Below, in pieces: positions 44,986 to 61,620 of a stretch of 64,000 nucleotides of DNA; the stretch's first letter is position 1, and every line of letters starts with the position of its first letter. The DNA comes from the human T2T-CHM13v2.0 reference genome, Homo sapiens: NCBI RefSeq assembly GCF_009914755.1, contig NC_060938.1; one strand, written 5' to 3'. The notes below the pieces were generated by a model. The model had not been told where the DNA came from. It did not search any database and saw only the letters and a list, made by a program, of their open reading frames with translations. The position numbers and the translations under genes were made by a program.

Positions 44986-46654
44986 CCCCCAGAAGCTACT
45001 GTCACTCAACATGACTTTAGTAAGGGTTTGGGTAGTGTTTCTGGTAGATGGTAGACCATGGGACCTCCAGAGTTCTACCCTAATGATCTAAAGTAAATTA
45101 AATACCCCACCCCTCTTTAGTGATGAAGCATCACTCGGTATCCAGCAGCAACAACACAAACCACAGCACTTGGGAGAGAAAGCAGCCCAGTCCAGTAGAA
45201 AAAAGAACAATGGAAGAGTGAGGGCAGGGGGAACAAAATGGTGAAAACGAGTTTTCAACAGAAGCCAGGACAGGCAGTGGACAATGGATTCCATGTGGAG
45301 AACAGAAGCTAGAACTCTTTGGAGTTGTGGGAGCAAGAGACCCCTGTGGTGTCGCTGTGCCTCATGAAAGACATAGTGCTTTTGCTGTACATGACGGGCG
45401 TGTGTGTGCACGCACACACACACACTCCCCCCACCCTCCCTGCCTCCCAACCCCACAAGAGTTTGGAAATACCCCATCTTCCTGGCTGCCCCAGGTGCCC
45501 GTGATTCAAAGTATTAACCCAGAATGTAAAAAGTTATTAAAGATGATATCTCAGGGAATGTTGATTTATCACCTAGACAACCTGCAAGTGACTTTCAGGC
45601 TCTCAGTGTTCACAGTAGAGTTTCTAAGGTTCCAAATGCTTAGAAATCTGTTACAAGCCAAATAAAAGGAGGGATTGGAGGAAGCCATCTGAAAGGCTGT
45701 CCTTGTGATCTCTGTTGAACATTACTTTGGAATAAGCCCTCAAATCTTGGAATGCTAAGAAAACACAACTCATGGGGAAAGAATGAGAACAGCCTTCCAG
45801 AAGATACCTCCCGTCTTTGTTGTCATGATACTGATAGTCAAGAGTTGGCCAGAAAGCGATCATCTAAAAACTGAGAAAAACACCTCAGACCCACTGGTTG
45901 GTTTTGCCGTTAGACTTTCCTCTTCGCCCAGGAGATGACCTGTTTTACTAACAGGTGAAAGACCTAAAAGCAAGATGTCATCTTGGACTTTTAAAAAAAG
46001 TTTTTTTCCTAGAATCATAATACCAGTTTATCATAAACATCAGCTTCCTCTTCACTTTATGTCTCAACGACGTTATAGACAGTGATGTTCATGATTGTGG
46101 TCCTTGTGCAAAGGTTTCCTGTCCTCAATATGGTTCATTTAGGAAGCCAGGAAAGCTTGTAAATAATGCTCTATTTGCTTAAGTCAGCCTAATCGCTTCA
46201 AGAGTTTTCCTTAGCTCTGATTTCCACATTCTTCTTTCTCTGTTCCCATAGAACCCTTAACAAACTTTTTTTTTTTTTTTATCTTACTTGGTCGTTGTTT
46301 TTGTTTGACTCTCCAATTCCAGCAGACAATAGTTCCAGCACATAGCTCAGAAAACATACTTGGTGCACCAGTGAGTGAATCTCGAAATAGTCACAGTCAT
46401 CCACAAAGTCAGGCTCTAAAGAGTTTTCTGAATAGCTGAGGTTTATATGTTTTAAAAATGAAATAGAACTTGGGTGAGCCTAACTGAAAAAATGTTTATG
46501 GTGGGTTTATGTTAGTCTCTGCCACATTCGCTTATAAAAAGAGTCTCTGAAGACGCCTCAGAGCTTAGTGGTCTCCATTCCTGAGCACCTTAATATGCAC
46601 CTTGGCACCTCTTGCAAGTTCAGTGTCCAGTCTCCTTTGTCCTGCTGCAGCTTG

Positions 46655-46938
<284 letters not shown>

Positions 46939-47464
46939 GTACCATGATTTTTTTAGCCACAACTCTTTGAACATATAAAACATCATTCTGAATGTACCAT
47001 TTATCTCTAGATACAAATAACAGTCTTTGCCCTCAGAGCTGTTTTCTTCACATTGAAAGTAGAAATTAGCACTACCTGGCAAAAAAACTGAAAAAGGAAA
47101 TATGAAGCTTAAGATACTACTACATAAGATAATATTAACTTTCTTCTTAAATGCTAGTTTTATGTACAACAAAACCAGAAATCCTGGCTACTCCAGGATC
47201 GTGAAAAGAAAAGGGGCTTTAGAACGAAAAAAATAAAATCTAAGGAAAGATAATTATTTTAATAGCTGCCCTCAGGAAAATGCAGATGAGGGTGAAACTA
47301 TCCCAAATTAGCAATTAGATAAATCTCGAGGATTAGAGAACAGCAGATTTTAAATTCTCTTTTCAAAAATGCAGCAACTCTGCTAGAAAATGAATGAATG
47401 TGATTGCAGCTATATATTTTTTTGACCGGTGCTCTTGCAGCTGTGGAAGTTTGACCCACACTGA

Positions 47465-47653
<189 letters not shown>

Positions 47654-48525
47654 TGAATTGGGCTTTGTGTTCTCTTCCTTTAGTCACAACAGCTTGCCTA
47701 AGGTAGGCAGGAAACAGTCGGGATTCTTACCCAGAGCCTGCACTCTTAACCGCTGGTCTGTACCTCTGAGCTTACTGAACACTCACCAGTCTGGGTGCAG
47801 TGGGATACCTGCTTTCAAGGCATGTACTTGATTAGGAATTGACTGTGTGCTTCCAGCGAAATTAATAACATTTAAAATAAATATTGTGAACTACAATGTG
47901 AAGATTTATCTCGAGGTGGTAGATGACAAGTCACCAAAGGAATGGCCCAATCAAGCACAAGTTGTTTTAGGTAGGGGTGACTGGAGGATGAAGTTGGGAA
48001 GCAGGAGAGCTTGGCAGAGTATTTGAAAGATGCTTAGGATGTAGGCTGTATAGAGAGAGGTGGGAATGGCATCAACGTTGGAAAGGAATTGGTAGTAGCA
48101 CAAACTGGGAAGCAGAGATTGGTTCACATCATCGGCTAGAGTTTGGCTGGGCGGGGCCAGTGGGGTGGCACAAAGGACATGTGCTTCTGGCCCAGTAAGC
48201 CCCCTGGAAAAGCACCGTGTCGAACTGGTCTTTCGAGATGTCCAGCACAGCCAGCTTGTCTCCTAGCTCTGGAGCCACTTGAGATTTCTGTGTCCAAACA
48301 CCAGAAAGAGTGGCTGTGTCCAAACACCAGAAGGAGTGGCTTGCACATAGGGGCTGGGGTGTACAAGCCATCTGTTTCTCTAAATGCTAGAATCACGCTT
48401 GACCCAGAGAGATATTCTCACCATAAGAGGCACATGGACTGAGATCTCCCATGTCACCTCCTTATACTCACTGTGGGTACACACACACAGAATACAGAAT
48501 CGCCCACACAATGAGATGGCTAATG

Positions 48526-48868
48526 CTTTTTCCTTCCTTCCTCCCTTCCTCCCTCCCTCCCTCCCTCCCTTCCTTCCTTCCTGTCACTGTGGGCACACAC
48601 TCAGAATCGCCCACACGATGAGATGGCTAATGCTTTGCCCACATGATCAGATGGCTAATGCTTTTTCCTTCCCTCCCTCCCTCCCTCCCTCCCTTCCGTC
48701 CCTCCCTCCCTCCCTCCCTTCCTTCCCTCCCTCCCTTCCTTCCTTCCCTCCCTCCCTCCCTTCCTTCCTTCCCTCCCTCCTTCCCTCCCTCCCTCCCTCC
48801 CTCCCTGCCTGCCTTTGTCCCTCCCTCCCTCCCCGCCTTCCTTCCTCCCTCCCTCCCCTGCCCTCCTC
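48526..48868. repeat. (CCTT/CCCT)n polypyrimidine tracts inside a compound tandem duplication
   Basis: Two CCCT/CCTT arrays, each preceded by agatggctaatgctttttcc. Confidence 0.92.
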
Positions 48869-48994
48869 ACTGGCTATAGTTGAATTTATGACAAACACAC
48901 ATGACAAAGCTCCATTGTGGACAACACCAACTGGACCAGATGATTTAGCTGAGGGGTTGGTGTGTGCTTGTCCTCAGACTTCAATCTGGACTAA

Positions 48995-49285
<291 letters not shown>

Positions 49286-51890
49286 TAATCCAGTCTTAAG
49301 GCACGCTGGAGAGCACCCACCTTCCCAGCCCACCCCAGCGTCGTTCACTGTTTCTCACACCGTGCTCAGGTGAAGAGCTCTTTTCTCCCTTTCTCTCTCC
49401 TCTTCTCACCAGTCTATCCATTCTTTCTCTTTCTGTCTCAGTTTCACTACAAAACTATGTAACTAACCTCTTTTAGTTATAAGATTTCAGCTTTATCATA
49501 CAGCTTGTGGGAAACAATGAAGTCACATCACTAGGAGGTGTGATTATAGTGACTGTGGCTTTTATAATAACTGTGGCTGGAGTTCTCTCCCAATAATAAG
49601 TAATGGAATAAATTCCACATCACTCCTGTTTGGCTTCTGTTGTCAGCATTTACAAAAGTCTGGTCCTTTGTAACTGTTCTGACCATGAAAATGCTGATCA
49701 TGAAAATGCTAATAGGAAGAAATGTATTGCCCTTCCAGGTCCTCTAAACCCTTCTGAGCTATTCATTTTTTACCCCAGATATTCTTTCTCTGACTATCCA
49801 TTAATGAAGGCTAATAGAGAAAAAGAAATAATCATTTGGAATCCCTAAACCGACCTTATAGGGGGGCTCTTCTATATTTTGGAATAAGAAAGAGCCCCAT
49901 TATAGCACATTCCAGGTAAAATAGAGATTGCATTATTTATAAAGACCATCAGACAAGAATATAAAACAGATTCCACCCCTTCTAGACTATGCCAACTGAT
50001 TCAAGAGCTAGGCACCAATTAGGGTGACGATGTAATTAACAGTCTAAGATTGTAACAGATTTTCCAAGAGTTTGTTAGCACATCTCAAAAAACAGAGCCT
50101 GGAACAGTGCTTTCCAGCAGGCTTCCGTCATGACCCTGGTGAGGCCCCACTCACTATACCTATCTTGTCATTAGTCATTGTCCCTTTGGTTGGGCTGTGT
50201 CCTTCAGTGAATCACAAATGACTTGGGCAGAGTGCTCTAATCAGGCATTGTGGACGGTACACAGAATGGCTTTACCCTTCCCCTCCCAGGGAGCTCATAG
50301 GCTAGTTGGGCAGGGTGGTCATAGAGTCAGATGGCCACCTGATACACCTAAGCAATGAGACAGAGACATCCTTCCTGGGTGAGAGCTGGGTGCTGAGATC
50401 TGAGGGAGGTGCCTACCTGAGTGAGCAGAGCCAGAGGACTTTGTTGTGCATTACAGAAACCAATTTGTGCCCACAGAAGCCCACAGATGGAAGGAGTTTA
50501 CTGAAAAGATGCTGGGGGGATGTCATGGGATCAGAGGAGTTGCTGAGTAGCTGAGACTTGGGAGCAACGGGCCCAGGCCCTCTTAGGGGACTCAGCAGCG
50601 GCCCTTCTCCCTGGGTTCTGCAGCTAGCATGGCTCTGCAGCCCAGGTGCTGGCCAGTCCGCATCCCAGTGACACCTCAGGCCTAGATCTGCCTTCCATGA
50701 CTCAGGACTCTCCCAGCTCCATTCCCGGAGAAAGAGCCTGTTTCCAGAGAAGGGAGGATGGATGTGAGCGAGGAAGTCACCCTAAGGGGTAGATACTACC
50801 AAGGGGTTTCACCCATAAGTGAGTTGATGTGCGTCTTGTCAGTCTGTAAAAAGGGTTGTTGGGTTATTTTGATATAGGAGACTTTATCTTAAAGTGCTTA
50901 TATCACAACATCTATGTTGTCTACTGATATGTGAAGCTTCTGGAAAAAAAGTAGACCTTTGCTTGGCCTTCACAAAATTAACATTGATGGTTTTGACCTT
51001 GAGGATGACCCAGAGATTTGTGCCATGAGGTAGTTTGTCGTTTCGCTGAGTTTATACGTGCACAGGAGTGAGATGCTTAACTTGTGAAGGAGAGGCTGTC
51101 CAACGGAACAGCCCGACGGTTCCCTCCTCAAAGCATACCCCAGGCTCCTACCTGGACGTTCCAGTGGCCTGGGACTACCCACCTCCATACTCACTTCAGT
51201 CCCACACATACCCTGTGCCTGCTGTCTTCCAGGCCCCTGCGAAGAGAATAAAGGATGAAGTGGAGGCTTCGTTCTCTGGTAACGCATGGATAAGCTGAGG
51301 AAACAGACACTGGTGATTACAATATATGACAACAACTAGGGTGTGGGGCATTCAAAATACAGGGGCTCTGAGAAGAGGGACCATGTGGTCTGCCCGGGGG
51401 GCTTGGGAAAGGCTTTGTTAAGGAGGTGGCATTCGATCTCACTCTTGAGAAAGGAGTATGAGCTTAACTGCTGTCAGGGAAGAGGAGGCTTCCAGACAGA
51501 GATAATAGTGCAGGCTGTGTTTGGGAAAGAGCAAACAGTTCTGTGTGCTTGGAATGGGGATGGGGCGTGGGTATGAGAGGCTTGGAATTCCAATCTGAAG
51601 GAGACTGGAGAACAGAACACACCACTGGCCTTGGTTCCACGTGGATAGTAGAAAGGCATCAGTTTTTTAAGCAGGGCTAGTGGTCTTAGGCCAGTTTTCA
51701 GAGAATTTGAATCTTACAAAATATAATTCTGAAATTAGGATTATGATTTATACTATTTAAAAGGTACTTGAGGATATAGCACATTGCATGTATTATCAAA
51801 ATCATCATCTTAGCCATGTAAACCACACTGTTTAACAAACCTGATTATTAATGAGTCACTGTTACTATTCACCTCACTCTCTTGGCACGT

Positions 51891-52133
51891 CTTTTCTTTT
51901 TTTTTCCTTTGAGACAGGCTCTTGCTCTGCCGCCCAGGCTGGAGTACAGAGCTGCAGTCTCCACCAGGCTCAAGCAGTCCTCCCACTTCAGCCTCCTGAG
52001 TAGCTGGGACTACAAGTGTGTGCCACTACACCCAGCTGACTTGTTAATTTTTCTGTAGAGATGCGGTCTTGCCATGTTGCCCAGACTGGTCTTGAACTGC
52101 TGGGCTCAAGTGATCCTTCTCAGCCTCCCAAAA
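51891..52133 (-). mobile_element. Alu, AluJ-like, partial
   Basis: Diverged antisense Alu. Confidence 0.8.
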
Positions 52134-54657
52134 GATCTTGTCATTTCTCACTCCTTAATGCTTCTTGATAATCTGTTCCCTCTGAACACCCCCGCAACAT
52201 CACATGCTGGGCGAATCAGCTGTTACTGCCATGGCCCCCACTTCACCTCCCTGGGCCACATCTATGCTACTCCTCAGTCCACTGTGGGAATGGGCCTTGT
52301 AGACCACAGATCTGGTTTTGTTACCTGCTGGAGATCCTGTAAGGTAGAATCCAGCCTCCTTAGCAGGGCTTCTTTTCCCCTTCGTGCTCCGACTCCTAAC
52401 CTCTCGTTCCTGGTACTTACTGTTTATGCTGTGCAGAACTCATGGCTCTCACTACGAGCCAGGTCCACCCTGCTAGCCAGCCATAATCTGTACTGAGAAT
52501 GACACCTTTACGCCCCACCTCTGCCTGCTGCACCTGTCTCCACTCCAGGCACCCCTCCTCTGCATCCACAACTTTCTAGAACCTGGGGCTCAGCACATAT
52601 CCCACCTTGCATTGTGACCTTTGACTCTTGTCTCCTGGACCAGAGTGAGCTGAATGGGTCATGTGGGAGGCTTTTCCTAAGTGTCTGTTAGTTGAAGTTG
52701 TTTCCTTTAAGTTGATCCATACCGAACAATGTGAGAAGTGTGTGAAACAGTATGGAGACTGTGATTTTGGTCCAGTGGGTATTGTGTGCAGTAGGTGCTT
52801 AAATATGTTCACAAACTGTGTTGTAAAGCAATTTGCAGTATGGAATAGCTCATCTGTAGCTGTCTTGAAATTAAAATACACATACGCTTAGGAGTCCACT
52901 GCAGTACTTACAAATGCCAATCCCTATAAATTAATTTAATAAATATCTTAAAGATTTCTGTATCATAATCCTAAAATGTTTACTGACAAGAATGCAGTTT
53001 ATCATAAAATGAGGCCAGGAGTTAATATCTTTTTTTAGGTTTCCCTGTTCAGTACCAGCAAGACATGCCTTTTAGTGTTTTTGGCTTCATGTTTGCCAAA
53101 TAGACTTACTTAATACAGAATTTTTTAGACATCCTTCAGACTGGACATCATCCAGAATTTACTTCCTTGAGATCAGCCCTCCTTCATATCTCTTGGGTAG
53201 AACTCTGTGTCCGCACCACCCACATGTCTGAGGTATCAGCAGCCAGAGTTGCCACTTTTGTCCTTCACCAGTAGGCCGTGTCACTTGCTGTGTTCTGAGG
53301 GGCTCATTTGGAGCCATTGTTGCAGATAGTCAAGCTTAGTGCCCAGAATGGCACAGTGTCACACACTGCAGAGGCCTCACCTAGAAAAGGAATCCTGCAG
53401 TTCTCTACTTCCCCACAGCCATGATTAGGACCTGTCACTCTGGAACCAAGTTGCCGTGTGATGTGACACTACTGTGAACTAAAAATACAGCAGGTGGAGA
53501 ACCAGCATTTCCCATTCATGATAAAGATGCCATTTGAAACCTGGGATTGATCTGGAGGCTGATAAGTCGCTGGTACCATGTGTTCCTATTTTTTTTCTTG
53601 TTTTTTTAAGTGAATAAATCTGGAAATACATCCTTTTGAGAGAAACCTAACTTGTAAAGTATGTTGTCAATAGCTTCCCCTTTGACTAAGAACACTTTCA
53701 AGAGCTTTGGAGAGTCATGTCAAGGTACATTTGACTTTGTATGCCCAGTACTTAGTGATGTTTGGTGTATAGTAGTAGTAGTCGCCTAATAAAAGTTTGT
53801 TAATTTAAATCAAAGACTTTATTCTTTTCAGGTCTAAAATCAATTTATCAATTATGTAATGTTTTCTGGGTTGTCCCTTTAAGTGTATTTAACTTTTAAA
53901 TTAGACTACGGTTCAGAAAGTCTCAATATAGGAAAGCTGTGATTATTTCAAAGATCAGTAGCTGTATTCCAAACCCAAAGGCCTCTGTGAATATATCAGG
54001 GAGGTACAAGTACTTCTCTCTTTGGACCTCATTCCTTTGGTGTTTATTGAGCACATACTCTGTCAGCCACTGAGTAGGCACTAGACTTGAGCCTGCCTAG
54101 TGCACTGTGGCTAGAATTCCTCCTGCCTCTGGGAATAATATTGCACATAAGCATCTGAGAAGCCTGGATCAGGGTCCAATACTGCTTACTTCCGGATGAA
54201 AGTAGCCCAGGTGTCCCTGTGCTGGTCTCAGCCTCTTCTGAGCCCCAGGGTCACTTGGTCCTGTGCTAGTGGGTTCCAAAAAGTCAAGTCTCTACTTTCT
54301 CTTTTCTCTGTTCTGTTTAAATTTTTTCATTGTAAACATGGTGTGTACCAAAAGTACATGCACTCTTATGATGTGGCTCTGGCTGGAAGAACTAATACAG
54401 TTTACAAGAGCCACCACCTTAACCCTCTCTTTGTCTTCTTCCTCCTGACACCAATGCTGCCTACCTGCCTTGGGCCCAGCCCATCTGTTATGGGTCCCCA
54501 GGGTTTCCCAGGAGGCCACAGCCGGGCAACAATTTGACATGGCGTATCTTGGTACCTGCTGATGTTCTCGCATCCAGCGAATAAAGCCACGGCCCTTGCA
54601 TTCTACTCCTTCCTCTCACCTGTCCACATCCTATACCATCTGCCCTGGCAAGAATTT

Positions 54658-55425
54658 ATTTTCTTTTTTTTATTATTATACTTTAAGTTCTAGGGTTCAT
54701 GTGCACAACGTGCAGGTTTGTTACATATGTATACATGTGCCATGTTGGTGTGCTGCACCCATTAACTCATCATTTACATTAGGTATATCTCCTAATGCCA
54801 TCCCTCCCCCTCCCCCTGCCCCACGACAGGCCCCGGTGTGTGGTGTTCCCCACCCTGTGTCCATGTGTTCTCATTGTTCAATTTCCACCTATGAGTGAGA
54901 ACATGTGGTGTTTGGTTTTCTGTCCTTGCGATAGTTTGCTGAGAATGATGGTTTCCAGCTTCATCCATGTCCCTACAAAGGACATGAACTCATCCTTTTT
55001 TATGGCTGCATAGTATTCCATGGTGTGTATGTGCCACATTTTCTTCATCCAGTCTATCATTGATGGACATTTGGGTTGGTTCCAAGTCTTTGCTATTGTG
55101 AATAGTGCTGCAATAAACATACGTGTGCATGTGTCTTTATAGCAGCATGATTTACAATCCTTTGGGTATATACCCAGTAATGGGTTGGCTGGGTCAAATG
55201 ATATTTCTAGTTCTAGATCCTTGAGGAATCGCCACACTGTCTTCCACAATGGTTGAACTAGTTTACAGTCCCACCAACAGTGTAAAAGTGTTCCTATTTC
55301 CCCACATCCTCTCTAGCACCTCTTGTTTCCTGACTTTTTAATGATCGCCATTCTAACTGGTGTGAGATGGTATCTCATTGTGGTTTTGATTTCCATTTCT
55401 CTGATGGCCAGTGATGATGAGCATT
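54658..55425 (-). mobile_element. 5'-truncated L1PA (about PA4-PA5) 3' end, 768 bp
   Basis: ORF 54878..55249(-) is the L1 ORF2p C-terminus (WKTVWRFLKDLELEI...KTKHHMFSLIGGN). TSD cctggcaagaattt (54644-54657 / 55426-55439). Confidence 0.93.
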
Positions 55426-57351
55426 CCTGGCAAGAATTTCTCTGCCTGTTCCTACTGGTTGTCACCTTCTCTCTCCCCTGGATGAACTGACCCTTCCCTC
55501 CCTGTTTTCCCCATCTCAGGCTACTGCTGGGTTTCTACCCACATGTCAGGGTCTGTGTTCCTCTGCCCTTAAACCCTCAGCAGCAATCTTTGGCCCACGA
55601 GATGATGTCCGGACTCCTTTGTGTGACATCAAGGTCCACTGTGAGCTGGAACAGCATGTCCCCCAGGCTCCAGCCACCCACAAGTATTTGTTAGCATATT
55701 AATGCACGTAGGCTGTAGCAGCAATGGCCCCTTTTTACTAGCAGTGTGATCCTGGGATCTACTGCTCTTTGTCTCAGAGACTCTGAAGTAACTTGGTAAG
55801 AGAATATGGGGAAACACATTGGACAGATCCCTTAGGGACCTCAGATCTCTAGGAGCCAAAATGAGAGAAAGAGAATGAACTTTGAAGTGAGACAGAGAGG
55901 AGCTAGGATCCTGCTTACAAGCTGTGTTAGATTTGGCCTCCTTATTCTACTTCCGTAGGCCCCTTTTTCTCGTTGTACAATGGAAACAATGTAACTCATA
56001 GGATCTCATGTGAGATCAAGAGTTATAACCCATAAAGTGTTTACAACAGTGCCTGGTACTTAGCAAGTCTCAGTAAAGGTTGCAGTTGACATTAGCAGTA
56101 GCAGCAACAGCATATAAGCCACACAGTTCAACAGAAGGTTGAAAGCAGGGGCTGATACTCCATGGGTTTTCAGTCAAATCAGAATCTTGATGTCACTTCT
56201 GTGATGACGTTGCACTCTTTTCTTTCCTTCTGAACTGCATTCCCCCAGCCCCACACAAACAGCCCTTTGCTTATCAAAAACCCATCCTTCAAAATCCTGT
56301 TAGGTTTACACTTCTCCACAAAGCTTTTCCTAAGCCCCTAGCTGGAAGCACTTCCAGTTGTTGATCCTATACTGCCTTGCAGGAAAGATGCCACCACCTT
56401 CCTATAATTTACTTCCTTGCCAATTAGTTGGTCTTTGACTAAGTGTGCCCCTTCTGGGAAGTTCAGCTGCTATCACTGTTTTATCCAGGAAAGCCTGATG
56501 CCTTGTGTAGGGTTTTACCACTTGAGGTTGCTACTCGGATAGCTGCAAATAAAAACATAAATTACATCTCTAACTGAAACTGAAGCATGCCTCCTGTTCC
56601 CTATGATTGAGCTAAGCTGCTAAACATAAATCATCAGAGCGACAATCAGCTCTTTCACTCCCAAAGCTGAAGAAAGGAAAAGCCAGCAATTTCTCATGTG
56701 TGATATATGTCCACCCTCTCACCTGGTGTTTTATAAACGTATTGTCTTAACTGTCTTCTAAGTATCTGTGCCTGGGAGGGTGCCTTCCTCTGTTTTGTAA
56801 AATGCCAAGTGATACCACTGTGATATATAAATAATGATAATTAGAAGACAGCCTCAAATTATTTGACATTCAGATTGAAGGGGAAAGTAGTACTTTTTTT
56901 TGTAATAACCTAGAATTTGGATCAGAAATGGCATTCAAAATAAAAGCATATTGGTTTCTGTCAGACAGGGATAGTTCAAACCTTCTCATATCTGAGGTCG
57001 AATATCACAAAATGGAGTCATGGGTCGAGCACACAGCCTCAGATCTGGGCCCAGGCTGTAAAGAACCATAACCTGTGGCCACGATATATTTGAAAATATC
57101 AGGACTAATAGGAGCTAAAGAAGAGAGAAGTCATTTTTTACCTGAAACTCCATAAAAGTATAATAATCATTAACTTGGAATCACTTCCCAGCCACTAGCC
57201 TCTTTGTTTTTTAAAATGTCCAAATACCAGGGTTTCTAGAATTTGGCTCATCTTGACCCTGCCTGCCTTAAATTTTCAAGGAATTCTTCCTTTGTCATAG
57301 TTCCTGGTGGTGAATGTGAGACCATTTGTTTGCTTGGTGGAAGGAATGTAG

Positions 57352-58009
<658 letters not shown>

Positions 58010-58400
58010 TAATAGCTGTGTGGCCTTGGGCAACTATTTAACCTCCAAATATGTTTCCTTCTCTGTAAAATAGGAGTGATTACATCACAGAGAATTGTCC
58101 TGAAAATACTTATAATTATACTCATTTGTTTCCTGGAATAAGTACCATGGGCCAGTCATTGTTAAATAACTTAAATATCCTCACAGTAGCCCTATGAATT
58201 AGGTGCTCATATCATCTTCATTTCATAAACGAGGAAACCAGGGCCCAGAAAGGCTAAGTAACTTGCTTAGAGCCACACAGCAAGTAAGCAGTCTGCAAAA
58301 GCAAGAGATAATTAGGGACTTCCTCAGATCCAGAGTGTGTCAAAGGTAACATGTGAGCAGGGAAACCTGGGGGCAGGTGCTGCCGAGCTGGCCTGCCTGC

Positions 58401-58458
58401 CCTCTGTGTCTTCCCTGTCCCCCTCCTCTGTGTCTTCCCTGTCACCCTCCTCTGTGTC
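58401..58458. repeat. 24-bp tandem repeat, about 2.4 copies
   Basis: cctctgtgtcttccctgtc(c/a)ccct units. Confidence 0.85.
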
Positions 58459-58972
58459 AGTGCCCTCGCCCTCCCGGGATGTGCCTGCTCTGTGCTTTGC
58501 TGACCCTGCCTTTGATTATGCTGTTCTCACGCTTGGTATTCTTCCCTATCATCTCTCTGTTTATTAAAATTACACCAATTTTTCAAGCCCTAGCTAAAAT
58601 ATCCTCTACAAAGCCTTTCCTTATCCTTCTTGGATAAGGAAAATGACTAGAAGAAGGGCACTTCTTCCTATTCTGTCTAGAGTTTGTGCCTGGCATCTGC
58701 CACCTCCTGCCTTTCACTGTATTACTGATCACCATCTTCATCAGTGCTGTAACCCATACCTTTCTGTAGGTCTTGACATGCACAAAACACTTTCACACAG
58801 GTTGTGCCATTTGCTCTTATGCAGAAACTTATAAAGGAAGCAGGAAAGGAACTTTAGTTCCATTTCTACAGATCGGTATTTCTTGAACACCTACTATGTA
58901 CCAGGACTTGTGCTGGGTGCTAAAGTTAGAAATGGTAATGTCTCCAGAAGCTTGATTATCTCATTTTTACTC

Positions 58973-59273
58973 TTTTTTTTTTTTGAGATGGAGTTTCACT
59001 CTGTCACCTAGCCTGGAGTGCAGTGGCGTGATTTTGGCTCACTGCAACCTCTGCCTTCTGGGTTCAAGCTATTCTCCTGCCTCAGCCTCCCAAGTAACTG
59101 AGATTACAGGCACACACCACCACTCCAGTTAATTTTTTTTTTTGTATTTATTTATTAGAGATGTGGTTTCACCATGTTGTCTAGGCTGGTCTTGAACTCC
59201 GGACCTCAAGTGATCTGCCTGCCTCGGCCTCCCAAAGTGCTGGGATTACAGGTGTGAACCACCACACTCAGCC
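58973..59273 (-). mobile_element. Alu, AluS-like
   Basis: Antisense full-length Alu. Confidence 0.9.
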
Positions 59274-59297
59274 TTTCCCACTTTTACAAACACAGAA

Positions 59298-59557
59298 CAT
59301 TTTTTTTTAAATTTTATTATTATTATACTTTAAGTTTTAGGGTACATGTGCACAATGTGCAGGTTAGTTACATATGTATACATGTGCCATGCTGGTGTGC
59401 TGCACCCATTAACTTGTCATTTAGCATTAGGTATATCTCCTAAAGCTATCCCTCCCCCCTCCCCCCACCCCACAACAGTCCCCAGAGTGTGATGTTCCCC
59501 TTCCTGTGTCCATGTGTTCTCATTGTTCAGTTCCCACCTATGAGTGAGAATATGCGG
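59298..59557 (-). mobile_element. Short young L1PA2/PA3-like 3' end (260 bp)
   Basis: L1 3' UTR text. TSD acaaacacagaa (59286-59297 / 59558-59569). Lacks the L1HS-Ta ACA diagnostic. Confidence 0.9.
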
Positions 59558-59576
59558 ACAAACACAGAAATTGAAA

Positions 59577-59899
<323 letters not shown>

Positions 59900-60330
59900 T
59901 CAACATCTGTTTTAGTCCCTGGGACCTGCCAGGCTCTTTGCCACCTCTGGGCCTTTGCGGATGCTGTTCCCTCCACCTGCAACATAATTCTTTCCACTCC
60001 CACCTGACCAAACTCTGCTCATCTTTCAGAGTTTAATAAAGGTGTTGCTTTTTTAAGAGAGGCTTCCACTGATCACCCGCTCCTGCCAAGTCTAAAATAG
60101 GCCTGCTATTCTCTTATGGCACTCCTTTGCTTTTCTTTGCAGCACTTAGCACAAATAGTAATTTTTATTTTACTTTTATAGATGTATTTTATGTCCCTCC
60201 ACCAGACTGTATACTCCATGAGGACAAGGATATTGATGTTTATGTTAACTCTTGTACACTCAGTGCCTGGCACCATGCCTGACCCAGAAGAGGGACTCGA
60301 GAAATAAAGTGTCGAATGAACGAATGTGCA
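59900..60330. mobile_element. L2 3' end remnant
   Basis: gggcctttgc...tgctgttccctc...agactgta..ctccatgagg...cagtgcctggcac...gaatgaacgaatg. Confidence 0.65.
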
Positions 60331-61285
60331 GACATCAGTCATTTACTCAGCTTAATAAATGCCAGAGAAAAGTCTAGAACCCAGATTATCTGAAGCCCAG
60401 TCAACACGGACCTCCCCATGTTCTTTGACACTGCCCATGACCAGCCTCCGCTTGCTAAGTTGCACCTCAGTCTTTGTTCTTTTTATGGGTTCCTAAGACA
60501 TCAGCACTGTTGGGTATGTGCCTATTGAGGATTTGAAGGGTGGATATGTGTGTGGATGGGTGGACAGAAGGAATGAGAGACAGACGGACAAGCAGAATGC
60601 CAGGATGATCCACGAAGGGGCAGGAGTTGGTCAATGTATGGAAGCACGAGGGGGCACATCGGTCATGTGGTAAGCACCTGCACTGCGGCAGGCCTTGTGT
60701 TGGAAGGAAGTGGCAGTGTGAACATCAGCCTAGATATAGAACCTCCACTTCCACCCTGATTAAGATCTAAAATTAATACCCTATTCTAGAGTTCTTGGAA
60801 TAAACCTTCCATTTTGATAGGTCTTAAAGAATTTTCATTTTTATACTTCTGTCACATTATATTGGAACACTTTCATTATACATGAAAGCAGCTTTTATTT
60901 CTTCTTACTCCAGGCAGCCTGTTACTATAGCAATGTTGGAAGTATTTTGAGGTATTTTTATACAGTGAGTTCTACAAACTCCCTGCAAACTGTACATAAT
61001 GTTGGGTTGAAATGGGCTATCATATCCAAAATTGTCTCTCTTGTTTCTTTGTATCCTTTGAAAACTTTTGCAAACTTTGCTATAACTTAATTCCTGAAAA
61101 TTAAAGCTCTTATGTTTAGAAAGGAAAATAATTTGGGGCGGGGGGGTTGTAAATATATTTGCCTATGAACATTGAAAATACCTCCAAAATAATTTGAATT
61201 TTATTTAGGTACCATAAAGATATTATTGCTTCTTGAGGCCTTCTGGTTTTTTTTTTTAAACCCAGAAAATGGGGTGCAATCATAG

Positions 61286-61582
<297 letters not shown>

Positions 61583-61620
61583 TAGTCTTGGAATCCCTTT
61601 GCACTCCTATAATTACTATA

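Noticed and set aside
49680-49712. 15-bp tandem duplication (catgaaaatgctga), and a similar 14-bp one at about 83-110
   Set aside because: Ordinary short slippage events with no further structure.
54878-55249. 123-aa ORF resembling a real protein
   Set aside because: C-terminal fragment of L1 ORF2p in a 5'-truncated L1PA.
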